Shown here one piece after another: positions 34,170 to 47,710 of a stretch of DNA of 64,000 bases. Position numbers and translations under genes: made by a program. Numbering within the stretch: position 1 is the first letter of the stretch; every line of letters begins with the position of its first letter. A model generated the notes under the pieces. The model was given only the letters and a program-made list of their open reading frames with translations. It was not told the DNA's origin and searched no databases. Source of the stretch: Harriotta raleighana (taxonomy: Eukaryota); contig JBNZDD010013651.1 of assembly GCA_050575255.1 (NCBI GenBank), positions 2,579,004 to 2,643,003 on the forward strand, read 5' to 3'.

Positions 34170-35322
34170 TTATAAAAATAATCTTTGCACTTGATATAGT
34201 ACATCAGGAAGATACCTCAAAGTGACTCACATGAATCACTACAACGTAAAACAACAAACTTTGCCGATCAAATTTATACATTTTATAGGCAAACTGAACA
34301 GCCAGTTGACACAGAAGCAACGTCCCACAAACAACAATGAAGTTAATAATCAATTTTAACTTTGAAAATAATCAAAAAGATGAATGGAATATTGGGCGTT
34401 TATCTCGAGGAGCCTGAAATACAAAGGGGGAGAAATGATGCTTCAGTTGTTGGTCAGGTTTCTGAGAGATCTCCAAGAGAATGCTCTTAGTGTTAGTCAG
34501 ACCTCACCTGGAGACTGCGTTCAGTTTGGGGCACCACACTTCAGATACATTGGCCCTGGAGTGGGTGGAGCACAGGTTCACCAGACCTAAAAGGGTTAAG
34601 TTATGAGGTAATAAGTTGGGTAAACTTGGATTGCATTCCCTTGCGTTTAAAAGGTTGAGTGGTGATTTGATTGAGGTATTTGAGGGATTTGATAGGGTAG
34701 ATACAGAGAAGCTATTCCCTCTGGCGGGGAATCCAAAACAAGAGGGCGTAGTCTTAAAATTAGAACCAGGCAATTTAAGAGTGAAATCGGGAAGCATTTT
34801 TTCATTCAAAGAGTGATAGAAATCTGGAATTCTCTCCCCAAAATGTCGTGGATGCCGGATCTATTCACACCTTCAAGACTGAGGTGAATAGATTTTCAGT
34901 AGGTCAACATAAAGGATGTGGGGAGAAAGCGGGAAATTGGAATTGAAAGGATTAGTAGAGATACAGATCAGCCATGATCTAATTAAATGGCGGAACAGAC
35001 TCAAAGGGCTGAATGACCTACTCTTGTTCCTGTGTGCCTACTCCTGTTCCTATGATCGTAATGTAAGGATTATTATTGTTGTTGGTCAGGTTTCTGAGCG
35101 TTCTCTCAGAGAATGCTCTTCTCTTTTTGAATAATGCTACGGGATCTATAGCATTCACCTGAACAAGCAGATTCATCTAAAGGACAACACCTCCAACAAA
35201 GCAGTTCACCCCTCAGCACTGTATTATGGTGTCAGCTTAGACAGTTTCCCAAAGTGGGACATTAACCCATAACCTTCTGACTCGGAGACAAGTGTGCTGC
35301 CAAGTGAGCCAGGCTGACACCT
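34170..35322 (-). mobile_element. DeuSINE-like element interrupted by a CR1 fragment
   Basis: SINE tail ~34170-34360, SINE core and head ~35080-35322 (accttctgactcggagacaagtgtgctgccaagtgagccaggctgacacc). Confidence 0.65.
34375..35055 (+). mobile_element. CR1 LINE 3' fragment
   Basis: ORF 34616..34816 KLGLHSLAFKRLSGDLIEVF..GFDRVDTEKLFPL. Tail gggctgaatgacctactcttgttcctgtg..ctcctgttcctatg. Confidence 0.85.
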
Positions 35323-36849
35323 CATGTTGAACTTGATAGTTTCGTAATTCACAGTGGGATCAGAGCAACTACAGAGGAGAAATAATAAGACAATATAATA
35401 ATGCTTGCATTTGATATCGTGTGTTTCACGTCATGAGAATGTCTCAAAGCAGTTTGCAGAATTTTTTGTAAAGTGTAGTGACTTTATAAATGAATAAAGC
35501 AGCCAATTTGTGCTAGCAAGTAACTAAATGTTGTCTTCCTATACTCCAATCAGAAACAACAACTTAATAATAATAATAATAATTGGCAACACTGATACAG
35601 TCCTATCCTTCTCGGTTGAGTGCAGTGATAATAATCTTTATCAAGAAAAACGCACAGTAAACCCTGCTAAACAGATGGGATATCAGTCCATTCATTACCT
35701 TCATATTATTAATCACCTGCCCCTAAAATAATGTTGTAAACTTAAGGATCGACCAGGCAGAGAAACATCTTTTTAATAATAATACTAATCCTTGGATTTG
35801 ATACAGCGCTTTTCATGTCTTCTAGACGTCTCAAAGCGCTTCACAGAATATACTGTAAAGTAAATTGACTGTATTTTTGTCGGTGAAACGCGGCAGCCAA
35901 TTGTGCATAGCAGTATCCCACAAACTGTCGTGGATTGCACTTATAATTTGCACTTATACAGCACCTTTCACATAGGAAAGTGTCTCAAAGTATTTCATGG
36001 AATATAAGCCCGAACAGAGGGTAGTAAGGAGGTAACTGAAGGTGCAGATAAAGAGATTATGAAGGCAGTGAGCAAGGGTATGAGGGGGAAGTGGATTTCA
36101 GGAGAGAATTACATTGTGATTGGGCAAAGTATTTTCTGAAACTTTGGTTTCCAACAATGGGGCAGAGAGAAAGGCAAACTTGAAACAAGCCTGAGTTAGG
36201 AAAGCAGAGGGAGTGAGCGTGGGAGTGGGACTGCAGGAGAATATAGAGAATGGGAGCAGATGGTGGTGGGGAGAAGGGGCAAGGGTGGAGGCAAGTGAAG
36301 TTTAGAACAAGATCGTAAAGTCCATTACATGAGCTGAGGTAATAGCAATCAGTTCACTTCTGACCCAGTTTGCATGACCCCATTCACTTGACATGGTATA
36401 GATTACAATGTCAAACTCTTTGTAGAGTTCATGAGAATAAGTCGCATGTGAACAAAGCTCAGTTCTGAGCCATTACTCTGAGCCATGTCTTGCACACTTA
36501 TGTAGACACCATCCACTCATAAAGGGCGGGAGCCCTTGAAATCGCCTGAGTCTTCAGGCCATAGTCCTAAAATTGAAGATTGTGCAGAATATTGGAAAGT
36601 TGTTAAATTCAGTCGTAATTGCAATACATTCTTCCACAGAGATTGAAAGGGCTTCGGACCTAGCAGTATAGACCTAGCAATGGATTTCAGATAATGAAAT
36701 GCAAAGTATGTGGCTGGCCACCTGACTATAAAAGATTTTACACACCACATAAACGGACTAGTGTTTGGTGTGAACACTGCCCCGCGTTTGTCTCGATGAT
36801 TTGGTCAAAAGCCCATTTACAGAATTCTTTGAACACCTAATAAGCACTA

Positions 36850-37210
36850 GGATCCTGTAGTGTGGAGTCCTGTAGTGTATTGGTTGAGCACTCACCTTGC
36901 AAATGAGAGGACTCGGGTTTGTTTTGCAGGCAGAGCGAAACCTTAGGCAAGTTTCCTTACTCCACACTCCTGTGTTTACCTAGCAGTAAGTTAGTTGATT
37001 TGGTGGATCACTTTCCGGGTGTTGTACTGGCTTCAAAAGAATAAATAAACACAATAATTTGGTCACTCAATCCACGACTGTTTGTGGACATTGCTGTGCT
37101 CAATTGGCTACTGCGTTTACCCCCCAAAAATATAGTCAATTCACTTTGCAGTAAGGTATAATAAGGCACTATATCAGATGCAAGGATTAATATTATTGCT
37201 ATTATCGTTA
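36850..37210 (+). mobile_element. SINE copy
   Basis: Family head, body (aaccttaggcaagtttccttactccacac) and tail (aggcactatatcagatgcaagg). Confidence 0.82.
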
Positions 37211-37289
37211 TTATTAGAGAGCTGAGAATGTTATTTGTTGTCCCTGGAGGTAGCAGTTGAGTTACTGCCTCAGAGCACACTAGTTGAGT

Positions 37290-37482
37290 TAAACAAAATG
37301 CAAAATACTGCACATGCTGGAAATCTGAAACAAAAACATAAGTCAAGTCATTGGGAAATGTGTCAATGTTTTTGGTCCATGACCGTTCGTCAGAATGTGG
37401 ACCCGAAATGCTGACTCAGTTTCCTTTCTTCATAGATGCTGTCTGACCTGCTGAGTGTTCCCAGCTACTTCTGTTTTTGTAC
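37290..37482. mobile_element. Penelope-like terminal repeats, second head-to-head inverted pair
   Basis: Minus copy (aaaatactgcacatgctggaaatctgaa..ggtccatgaccgttcgtcagaa) joined to a plus copy (gtggacccgaaatgctgactc..gatgctgtctgacctgctgagtgttcccagc). Confidence 0.7.
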
Positions 37483-37922
37483 CAGTTGAGTTAAGATGGT
37501 ATTCTGTTTTTAGCTGCGCAAATCCACCGTTCTCTTTGGGAGCACAGAGATCTTTTGGCTCATCTGATCCTTTCCTTCGGAACATCAGGATCCTCCTTTC
37601 ACGGCTGGATGTCCACCTGATGTGAAAAACACCATACAAATGCAATTTTGTTGTTGTGTTTCAAATGATCAAGTCAGGGGCCTGGTCTCAATCACCCTTC
37701 ATAATCACTTATTATTTGGTCATTAATTACCTTCTGGGTAAAAGCTTCTTTGTATCTGTCCTGAAATTGCCCTTTATATCTCTAAACCTATGTCCTCTAC
37801 TAAACCTATGTTCTATTGTCCTGCTGTATCCTAAAGTATTATTTGGGTTTAGAGAACATTTAAATTTTATAGACCTCCGTCCACTCCGGCTGTGTAAAGT
37901 TCTTTGAGAAACTGCCCTACAT

Positions 37923-38087
37923 CAGTGGTGGCAAACATTTATGGATGGAATATTGAATCAGGAAAACACTGAAAACACTTGAAGCATCCAACATGGACTT
38001 ACCTCGACTTGTGCAAATGTTCTGGGGCTGCTTCTTAATGGTCCCGCGAGCCATTTTCGGCCTTCCGGCCACCGGCCGACCACCACA
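37923..38087. mobile_element. Degenerate hAT MITE
   Basis: cagtggtggcaaac ... gccgaccaccaca with near-TSD ccctacat / tcctaaat. Confidence 0.5.
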
Positions 38088-41000
38088 TCCTAAATAGAAT
38101 GTAGATTATGTTGCTGTTGCCCAGTGTCCACTATCTATTGCACAAATCTTATTGGTAACAACAGAGGATGAGGTGCCAGGAATGCTGCGGTCCTCTTGGA
38201 ATGTGCCCCACCACCCTATTTTCCCCTTCAGTAGTTCCGTTTGTTTGATATTTTCAGCCATGTGATCAGTCTGGGAATGCAGTAAGTCTGCCTGTGAAAA
38301 ATTGGATAAATTTCCCTCTTGGTTGGTCTCCAATCTCTATGTGAATAGCCAGAGTGAGGACAATGCCTCTCAGATGCCACAGGATCTAAAGAGCCCAGAC
38401 AGTCGAAGCGTCAACCGGGGTGGCCAGTTATTGCTGTGCTGTGGTCCAAGTTATCAGCATCCCCTATTCTTCAGCAGCAAAACACTGTAGGCTGTATATT
38501 ATTTATGTGGTTGAGCTGGGGAATGTCCTTCACAACAGTATTCCTCTGTGCCTTCTAAATGCACTCACTGAATTTCATCTCCTGGTGACCGGAGGCTAAC
38601 TCATTGTTCCAATGTTTCAAACAGTGCATCATTTGTACCCAATTACTGTAGTAGTCTAAAACTTCTCTGGTTATCACTTGTCTAAGAGCTTCCAATTGAG
38701 GGTTTCCCAGTATTATGTGCGACCCAAGGTGAATTCTTGCAGCCTCTTCAAGTATTTTCACAGGGTCCAATTTGTGGACGAACTTTAGATATTACCTGAG
38801 TGTCAAATGTGTATTACCCGAGTGTGCTGGAAGTGATCTGTATCTCTCCACCCTCCACAGAGTTCTCAATGCTGGCAATACTGGCTGGCATGATGCCGGC
38901 CAGGGCCTTTAGCTCCTGGTTCAAAGCCTGACAGCTTTTGCTACCAATAAGCTCAGTATAAAATAATAATAATTTATGTAATTGACATAGTGCCTTTTCA
39001 CATCAATGACACGTCACAGAGATTTACAGGACTTTTACCGTAAAGTGTAATTGCTGTATTTGTATAGGCAAATGGGGCAAGGGTGTAACATAAACACAGA
39101 CTGTATGTGGCATGTCTAATATACAAGAGCCAGTGGATCAATTAATCTAAGTAACAATGTGACAACTGGAAAATGTCATTGTTTTCAGGAAATCCTTGCA
39201 AAACAATGCACTTAATAATAATAAGATTAATAATAATCCTTATATTTGGTACAGTGCATTTCATGTGAGTATGTCTCAAAATGCTTCATAGGATATAATG
39301 TAATGTTGAATGACACACAATCATTTCACATTTTGTGGGTCAATGTAATGTAGCAGGCCAATGTGCACACAGCAATGTCCCACAAACAGTCGTGAAGTGA
39401 ATGACCAATTTTATTTGGAGGATTGTTAACCAGGGCACATGAAGATAGACCTTTTTCTTTTCAAAAAGTGATTATGTCTACTTGAATGGATAAATGTAAC
39501 CTTGGTTTTAATGCCTCATTCGAAGAATGGGATCTTCTAACAGTGAAAGTGCCATTCTTCATCATCAGAAAGTGACACCTCCAGCAACTGCATTGGAGTG
39601 TCAGCCTAAGCTAGCGCCTTGGGACGTTCTCCCGACATGAAAGGCGCTTTACAAATGTAATTTTGTTGTTGTTGTTGTTGTATATGAGTTACAAGTCCCA
39701 AAGTGGGGCTTGGGCAAATGGGGGTGAAAGAATGATTCTCTGGAGTTGAAGAACTTCAGGAATTATTTGGATAAGAAGCTGCCTTTGAAAGGGACAGAAA
39801 CAATATGTTTACTGCTGAGATATTTTGAATCAGTCTGATTTTGTCTTTCTCTTTTCACCCACTCCCTGACCAGAATGCTCTGCATACTCTGTCCATACTT
39901 CCCTTTCACAGAAGTGAAACTGGGTGTAGTTTTCAGTGGCCACAAGTGGTAATTTGATTAGGAAATTTAAGATGGTTGTTGCACAAAGTGTTGTGAGATA
40001 AGGGACATGTTACTTAATCACTACATTGTCTCACAGTATTCGGATAAAGAGAGCAGGATGTACAAGAAACAAGGATGTGTTCTACTGATATTTCACCGTT
40101 CTGCGCAGAATAACAACTTGACATTTCTAAAGCGCTAAAGATCTTGTCTCCGTCTTTGCTCCCACCAGACAAAGTTTAAACACAACCGGCCTGACACAGC
40201 AGATAAGAAAAGGCTGCTTTCTATCAGAAAAGTCTATAGTTTTGCAAGACAGGGTCAGACGGACGACTCCATCCTCAGCATTAAGCAAGTTCATTGCAGT
40301 GATTGGGCCAGGTTACTTGTCAAGATGATGTACACAGACTATCTCAAGTCAAAATTCCAGGATTAGATGTTCAACGGTTACTTCTTGAGTAGCCCTGAAG
40401 TTCTCTGCTTGTGTGTATACAGTTCACTTTCTGCCAGTTAACATATTGCTGCCACTCTGCCATTGGGGGCTCAGCAGAAAGCAAGTCCTTCCAATCAAAG
40501 CTAAGATTGAAACACCACAACAAATCAAAGAACTGTTCAAACATCTGTGGGTTAGTTTGCAGCTGTTCAATGTTGGTTGAAATATGGAATTCCTTGACAT
40601 TGTTGGAGAGTTCATAAAATATGTTTAAAGGAATTAGATACAACAACAATAATAGTAATCCTTGCATTTGATATAGCGCTTTTCACGGCTTCACGACATC
40701 TCAAAGCACGTCACAGAATATACTGTAAAGTGAATTGACTGTATATTTGTGGGCGAAACAACTTTCTGACACAACAACTTACTCAGCACCCTTCAGGCAG
40801 TACAGCATCTCAGAGCCATGATGGTTGCAAAAGATTAAAAAAGAGGAACACCAAAGAGAATGGGAAGCAAACAGGAGAGTGGGATGAAGTTAGATACTCA
40901 TGTACCAGCTCAGACTTGATACCTGGAATGACCAGCGTTTTTATTGTAGTATTCAATGTCATTTGATATTTAAGCTGTTGCTTGAGTTCAATAACACAAG

Positions 41001-41854
41001 AAATAGTGTGAACAGGCACGATGGACCGAATGACTCTTTCTGTGCTGTAGGATTCTCTATGCTGCATATCCTATGATATTTGGTACTTCTGAAGACATCT
41101 GTGGTTACTGATGCCTCCGCTTTTGCCCACAAAATATACAGTCAAATCCCTTTTTAGTATATCCTGCAAAGTGCTTTGAGACATCTCAACAATGTGATAA
41201 GCACTATATCAAATGCAAGAATTTGTTATTATTATTATGTGACATGCTCTAGTCTGCTCTTTCCTCTGACCGGCCAGGACCCAGCAGAATTTTTCAAAAT
41301 TCTGAATGGACCTTAAGATAATGGAATTAAAGTTCAGACCATGAAATATTTCTGGCCCTAATCATTACGTCAGATGAGTACAACTTCGAGCCTGACAGTG
41401 ATGCTTGCCACAGTCAATGCTCACTGCATAGGCTGGCAGGGAAAGAATGGGCATTTGGGCACGATGGCAGAGGGAGCCTGACACCTTTGGGACCGTATAC
41501 TAGTGTGAGTCAATGCCTTCAGCAAAGCCACACAGACAACTGAAAAGGGAAGAAAGAAACATTAAAATAAAGACAGTACTACATTTGCCATCTTAACAGG
41601 TAATAAAACTGTAAAACATATTTTAAACAAAATGAATAAGTGTTCTTGGCTGGTCTCCATTCTTGGTCCACTGCCAATCATTAACTATCCATTCTATGAG
41701 AGCTCAAGAGGCACATAACTCAACCACACCCAGACCTACAGCAGCATAGCCAGATCCCATCAGCTGCCGTTGCAGCAGAAACAACACTACAAATGTAATT
41801 ATTGTATTATATTGTTATTGTATTGTAATAGTTCACACCAACTCTGACTGCCCC

Positions 41855-42210
41855 AATCCCCTCTGCAAAGCTCACTCAGTTGGTTGCACTCTTGTAATGT
41901 TGAGGTGCTGTCCTTTTGGTGAGATGTTAAAACAAGGCTGTTTGCTTTCAGCTGGATGCAAACGATTTCATAGCACTCGTTCAAAAGGGAAAGGAATTTC
42001 TCCCGGTGTCCTGGTCAACAGTCTCCCAGATAAAAATTGTTTATTCACTTTGTGGCTATTTGTGAGACATTGCTGTGCACAAATTGGCTGCTGCGTTCAC
42101 CAGCGAAATGCAAAGTCACTTCACGTTACGTTGTGTATTGTGAAGTTCTTTGAGACATCCGCCCGAAGTGCAAGAAGGTACAGTATATTGAATGAAAGCA
42201 TTTATTATTC
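41855..42210 (+). mobile_element. Older DeuSINE-like element
   Basis: ctcagttggttgcactct..gagatgttaaaacaagg..ttctcccggtgtcctggtcaaca..gctgtgcacaaattggctgc. Confidence 0.7.
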
Positions 42211-45200
42211 CAGCAGATTGTATAACATGCACAGAACTAAGTTGGAAAATCTTGAATGAATGACAAGCGATAGTCATTGAAGAACAATTGCAGAATAAAA
42301 TCAGCAAAAAACCTGCGATGTGTAAGGAGCAGAGCAGAGATTTAGGGCATCAAGTGAACATGTACAGACTAAGAGCCCATTTGCTATTCCGGTTTCTTTC
42401 AGGTGGCTTTGTGCAAACGTACAGTTAGCCGGTTTCACCTTTCCTTACAGATAAGGCAAAGCCTGTGCTTTCCTTCAGAATGCACAAAGACCCATATGAT
42501 TATTTATGACTGAGATTAATCCGTTGGGAACAGCTGTCAAGGGAAAAAAAAACTCCCCAAGCCTGGAAAATTATGTATAAGGGGCACTCAACCACTCTCT
42601 CATTTTTGAAATATGTTTGACAAAGCACATGAACTTGGCAAACTTTCATAAAGCAGTTTGATGCCAAAGCAAAACAAACCTTCAATGCGCTTTTAACTCC
42701 TGGGCAGATGGAGTGGGTGGGGAATATTGAGAGTCAGCTGCAGTCAGAGACTGAAGTACTTTGAGACATCTCAATGACCTGATAAGCTGCTATTTCAATG
42801 CAAGCATTATTATATAGTATAAACAATAATAATTTGGTCATTTCAATCCACGACTGTTTGTGGGACACAGCGGTGCACAATTGGCTGCCGTGTTTCACCC
42901 ACAAATATGCAGTCAATTCACTTTACAGTATATTCTGTGAAGTGCTTTGAGACGTCCAGAAGATGTGTGCAAACGTACAATGTTAGGACTATTATTATTA
43001 TTATTAACTTGATGACAAAATGATACATTTTAAAGCTCACTTAACCTATAATAAGAAGTCTCCTTTGGCTCTCAAGAAGTTTGGCTAACCTTTTTATTTG
43101 AAACATGTTTCCTCAGTTTGTGTAAGCTGATTTTTAAGTTACAAGTACATAACATACATACGGTAATATATACAGTATAATGTTCTACTTATAATTGCCT
43201 GTTTTTCATTTTGATTGTAGAGCACACTTGCTCAGTTCAGTACTCAGCTCTGGGGGATTGCACAATCCCAGCATAGTGAAGGTCAAACACCAGTTTGATT
43301 TATTCCCCACGCTGTCCTTTGACTTGTTTTCCAGTTTGCTTCTTCCTTTGTGTCAAAAAATGGTGAACAAGGTGGCGGATTTATTCCATCAGCATCATTT
43401 CCGAAAGTTCCATGCAAATTATGGTACATAAGAATGATGCTCCAAGACATTATCCTGCATGATGGCCCTATATAACCTCAGGACTTTGTTGCTGAACGTC
43501 ACTTTCATGATTATATGAGGTGGGGTGTTGTGAGAGGAGAGTGTTGAATATCTTTGGGACCTAGCTAGCTGGATACATTTTTCTATTCTGTAAAGCAAAG
43601 TGGAATTTTAGATTCGGGAAATGAAGATGGTCTTTATATAATATTGAGTAATCTGTTATTTCAATACACTGTTAAGTTTAAAATGAGGTTTTTAAGCCAA
43701 TTTGTATCAAATTGCAAGGATCACTCACCAATTGTTTTTTCTATTAAAATTCCTTAGCTGTGTTGGCTGTGCTTCACGTTTGGCCAAACACTAGCTGTAA
43801 TTCCGATTGTGGTCTTCAATGTAATTTTGATTGATTGATTGAAACTTCCGGCAGCTGAATGTTGACAAGATGAAAGTCCCTTGGCTTTCATCAATATCTT
43901 CTCTCCTATGGCTCTGACCTACTCAATCTCCTCGGCCTTTCCCTAAGACTTACCAAATCTGCATATAACCTGAGTGTTAGGTTGGATCCCCAGCTATGAC
44001 CTGAAAACTTTGTAACCCTCTCTCTCTGCTTTGCTTTCTCTTTCCCCATTTTCAGATCAGCCTGACAATCTTCTGCTTTGACAGTCCTTACAGTCACCTC
44101 TGTCTGGCTGAGCGCCAAGCTCTGCACTTTTAAGTGCTCTGAGACTCAATCCTGCATGAAATTGCAATGTAAAGGCAAGTTGCTGTTATTGGGGAGTATT
44201 TTAGTTCATAGAATGGCTTGTTCAACTTTTTTTTTAGTTTCAGAATAGTATTTAATTATAACTATACTATGTCCCCATCCAGCAATGAGTGTAATTTCTA
44301 CTTGTTCCCCTTTATCGTGCGAATGCAGCCCATATTGAATAGTCACATAGAAATACTGTAATCTAAACCAGGAGGAGCTGCATATTGTCTGAACAAATAA
44401 ACTTGAGCCAATCATTGCCAGCGGTCAGTAACAACAAACTGACAAACCATAAACTAACCACCAAATCACACAAAGTCATAAATTATCAAATCATACGCAA
44501 CCCAGCACAAAAATACACAAAAAATTACACTCCAAACAAAGGGGTAAGAGTCAAGTCATTCAGGGAAGGAAAGGTTCGACAACAACAACAACTTGCATTT
44601 ATACAGCATCTCTCATGCAGTGTCCCAGAGCGCTCGACAGTGACAGTGGAGCACAATGCCGAGCTAGGGGGGTGTCAGGTGACCGTAGGCAAAGTCGATT
44701 CAATTGGTTTTATTCTCAGGTTCAATCTCAACGTGGAACAGTGTTGCCTTGGGAGTATGCCGCCTTGGGGCTTCCTCCTTCCATCAAAGGCGCTATCATT
44801 ATATGAAAATTGTCATTGTTATTCTTACAGAACACATAGCTGTAAGTTTGGCATTTGATGAATTCTCTGTTTAGCTGCAGCTGACTGGGTGTGTCCTCCC
44901 ACCTTGTTGGGACACAAGGCTGGAATAGGACGATCAGGGATCAGGATGCCGTCAAACAGCTAATCATATCAACCATCAGGCCTCGGGACAGTGACACTCA
45001 ACTTCCCAGTCTGTGCCAGCTTTCACTCACTTTGGCTCTTCTTATTACAAAAGCCTCGAGTGTGGAAACATAGCATCCAGCAGAACAGTTTTGATCAGGC
45101 ATGTATATAGCTGAGGGGAGAGGAGCTCTGATGCTGCTATTAATCATGCCTCGTCAATGCCCGATCCTCTGACAGGTAGGTATCTCTGACACACTGTACA

Positions 45201-45934
45201 TCTGTATGACTGCAGCGGAGAAACAAGTGGCCTTCTGTTACTCTGATTTCTGCTTCAGACACAACGTTTAACATGATTGCATTCACAGAGCGCTGCCCAC
45301 ACCACTTAAGCACAGGGGAAAGCTCACAGAGCACTTTCTGTCCATCAGCCTGCTCTAAAAATAGTGCTTCAGGTCTAATGTGTGGAGTGAGCACAGGTTC
45401 CAGCCAGCTTTCGAGAATAGGCCCATAACCTACACTGGGAATGTGTAACCAGAGGCAGTGGTAACTAATACAGCAAACTAATACAGCAGGGTGTTCAGCA
45501 AACCATCGGGAGACAGCACAGTGGAATGAGCCCAACACCATGATAGGCCAAATTTAGACTCCTTTTGGGAGCAATGTTCACAAATAGCCATTGAGTGAAT
45601 GACTAATTTACTTTGTTGTCCAGAATACTGACTAGACTCCGGCAGTACCCCCAAGCATTGGCTCTGACCACCTAATAATTAATACTTGACTCTTGTCACC
45701 TAATAAGTAAGGAAAGTGCTTCCAGACACAAGGAATTTCCACTTATGGTGGCCTGCAACATGGAACTCTCAGTCTGGTTTGAATGCTCTTATGCTTGGTG
45801 ATGGGTTTGATTAAAAAAAAAGGGACTAGCATCTTTTACATTAATTGTTAATGTACCATATTCCTGGCAATACATTTAAATGCACTCCAGTCAATATCTT
45901 GACTATTTCAGCAGGTACATTTACATTGTCTTAG

Positions 45935-46350
45935 AATGTCAACCTGGCTCACTTCAGAGCATTCTTACCTCTGGGTCAGAAAATGGTGGGTTCAATCTGT
46001 GCTTTGGAGTCATATACTCAAGGCCGACAATCCATTGCAATGATGGAGGTGTATTACATTGTTGGAGGTGCTATTCTTCACATAAGACATGAAACTGAGG
46101 TCACGTTTGCCTATTAAAAATCCCAGGAAACCATTTGAAAAGAGAAGAGAGTTTCTCCTGGTGCTATGGCCAACAATCCTCCAAATAGCATTAGACACTC
46201 ACATCTTGGCTGTTTGTGGGACATTTCTGTATGCAAATTGGCTGCCAAGTTCACTTATAAAATACATAGACACACAACTTTACAACATATCCTATAAAGC
46301 ACTTGGGGGAGTGAAAAATGCTTAAAACAATTGTAAGTATTATTACTACT
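45935..46350 (+). mobile_element. Older DeuSINE-like element
   Basis: gtcaacctggctca..ctctgggtcagaaa..gggttcaa..ttctcctggtgctatggccaaca..ggctgtttgtgggaca. Confidence 0.7.
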
Positions 46351-46991
46351 TATTCTTTAATGAATGGTTTGATGAACAGAGCTTCTGCTGGGAATCTGTC
46401 GCACATCACCCACTATATGAGTCTACTATATAGGAAGGTGTGTGCGTGGGGGGTGTGGGGCGGGGGTGATTGACTTGTTTTTTCAGATTGTTATGACAGA
46501 TATGTCCTGTAACCTTTGCTCAGAGAGCAGATGCCTTGGCTGGCAGGGCAGAGTGCATCCAGAGTTGCCATAATTCTGCAGCTTGTGGTAATCATCAGAT
46601 AAATACAGACGAACGTGTCCATTCAGTGTTCGGGCTGGTGCAGACAGTTAACGGCCATATTGACAGCCCAACATCCCACGCAGAATGCAATGTCACATCC
46701 CACTAGTATGATAGATAGCCGCCCCAGGAGGTTGAAGCAATGGGAAAAAGAAAATAGTGGGGCTGATGAAAGAGCCAGCATATTTTCCATCATCAAACCA
46801 TTTCCTAATGTAAATGCTGTATTTCATTAAGAACAACAAAAGTGTGTGGTCACCCAGCTCTGATGTCATGAGAATGAATTTTATGTGCTGTAAACACTAC
46901 TTCAGTTCCGCTCCACAGTAGAAATCATTACACAGGACAATGTCAGAATGGCTGCTGGTTACTGGTCTGAGTGAGAAGCCAAGTTATATTG

Positions 46992-47710
46992 AGAGTGACC
47001 CACAGAGCGACCCACAGCGAAAGGTTGAGGAACAGCACCTCATCCAGCTGCTGGGGACCTTGCAGCCTTCTAGCCTCAACATCGATTTCAGCCGCATGTT
47101 GTTCGAATTTGGAATGATCTGCTTTTAAGAGAGAACTGGATAGGTATCTGGGGAAGACGGGCTTGCAGGGTTATGGGGAGAAAGCTGGTGATTGGGGTTA
47201 ATAAAAGTGACATTGCTCTGTCAAAGAGCCGACACAGACTCGATGGGCCGAATGGCCTCCTTCTGTGCCGTAACCTTCTATGATTCTATGATAAGAGCTC
47301 CCCTTCACCCATCACATTCATAACTCCAGACACCCACTGCCTTTTGTCTGTTCTGTCACCACTAAACACCTCTTCTCCCCAGTTTCATTGAAACCTACTG
47401 CCCCCCCTTTTGTTTCTATACATCGTTATCCACATTTTCAACCCGCCAGTTTTCCCATTCCTTTTCCTTTGTCTTCTTTGTCTCCTTTGTCTTCCATATC
47501 CTGCCTCCCCCCCCCCCCCGCCCCCCCTCCCGTAATGTCCTTAAAAACCTCTCCCTCTAAAACACTCCGCAGTTCTGACGAAGGGTCGTGGACCCGAAAC
47601 ATTGACTCACTTTCCTTTCTCCATGGATGCTGCCTGACTTGCTGAGTTTCCCCAGCAACTTCTGTGTTTTCTTCAGATTCCCAGCATCTGCAGTATTTTG
47701 TGTTTTGTTT
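46992..47710 (+). mobile_element. Penelope-like retroelement 3' relic (GIY-YIG C-terminus plus terminal repeat with hammerhead motif), interrupted by a CR1 tail
   Basis: QRKVEEQHLIQLLGTLQPSSLNIDFS (in ORF 46940..47128) fits the PLE endonuclease C-terminal RxxxEQxLIxxLxTLxPxGLN motif. The terminal unit agttctgacgaagggtcgtggacccgaaac..gatgctgcctgac..ccagcatctgcagta follows. Confidence 0.8.
47096..47292 (+). mobile_element. Young CR1 3' end nested in the Penelope relic
   Basis: Nearly identical to 27193-27420, with an internal deletion. ttctatgattctatga tail. Confidence 0.88.

Noticed and set aside
38555-38790. Minus-strand 71-aa ORF with protein-like composition
   Set aside because: No recognisable homology and no compatible splice sites or partner exons.
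44385-45541. ORFs of 157 aa (+) and 133 aa (-)
   Set aside because: The first runs through low-complexity and SINE-tail sequence. Neither has a recognisable domain or exon structure.
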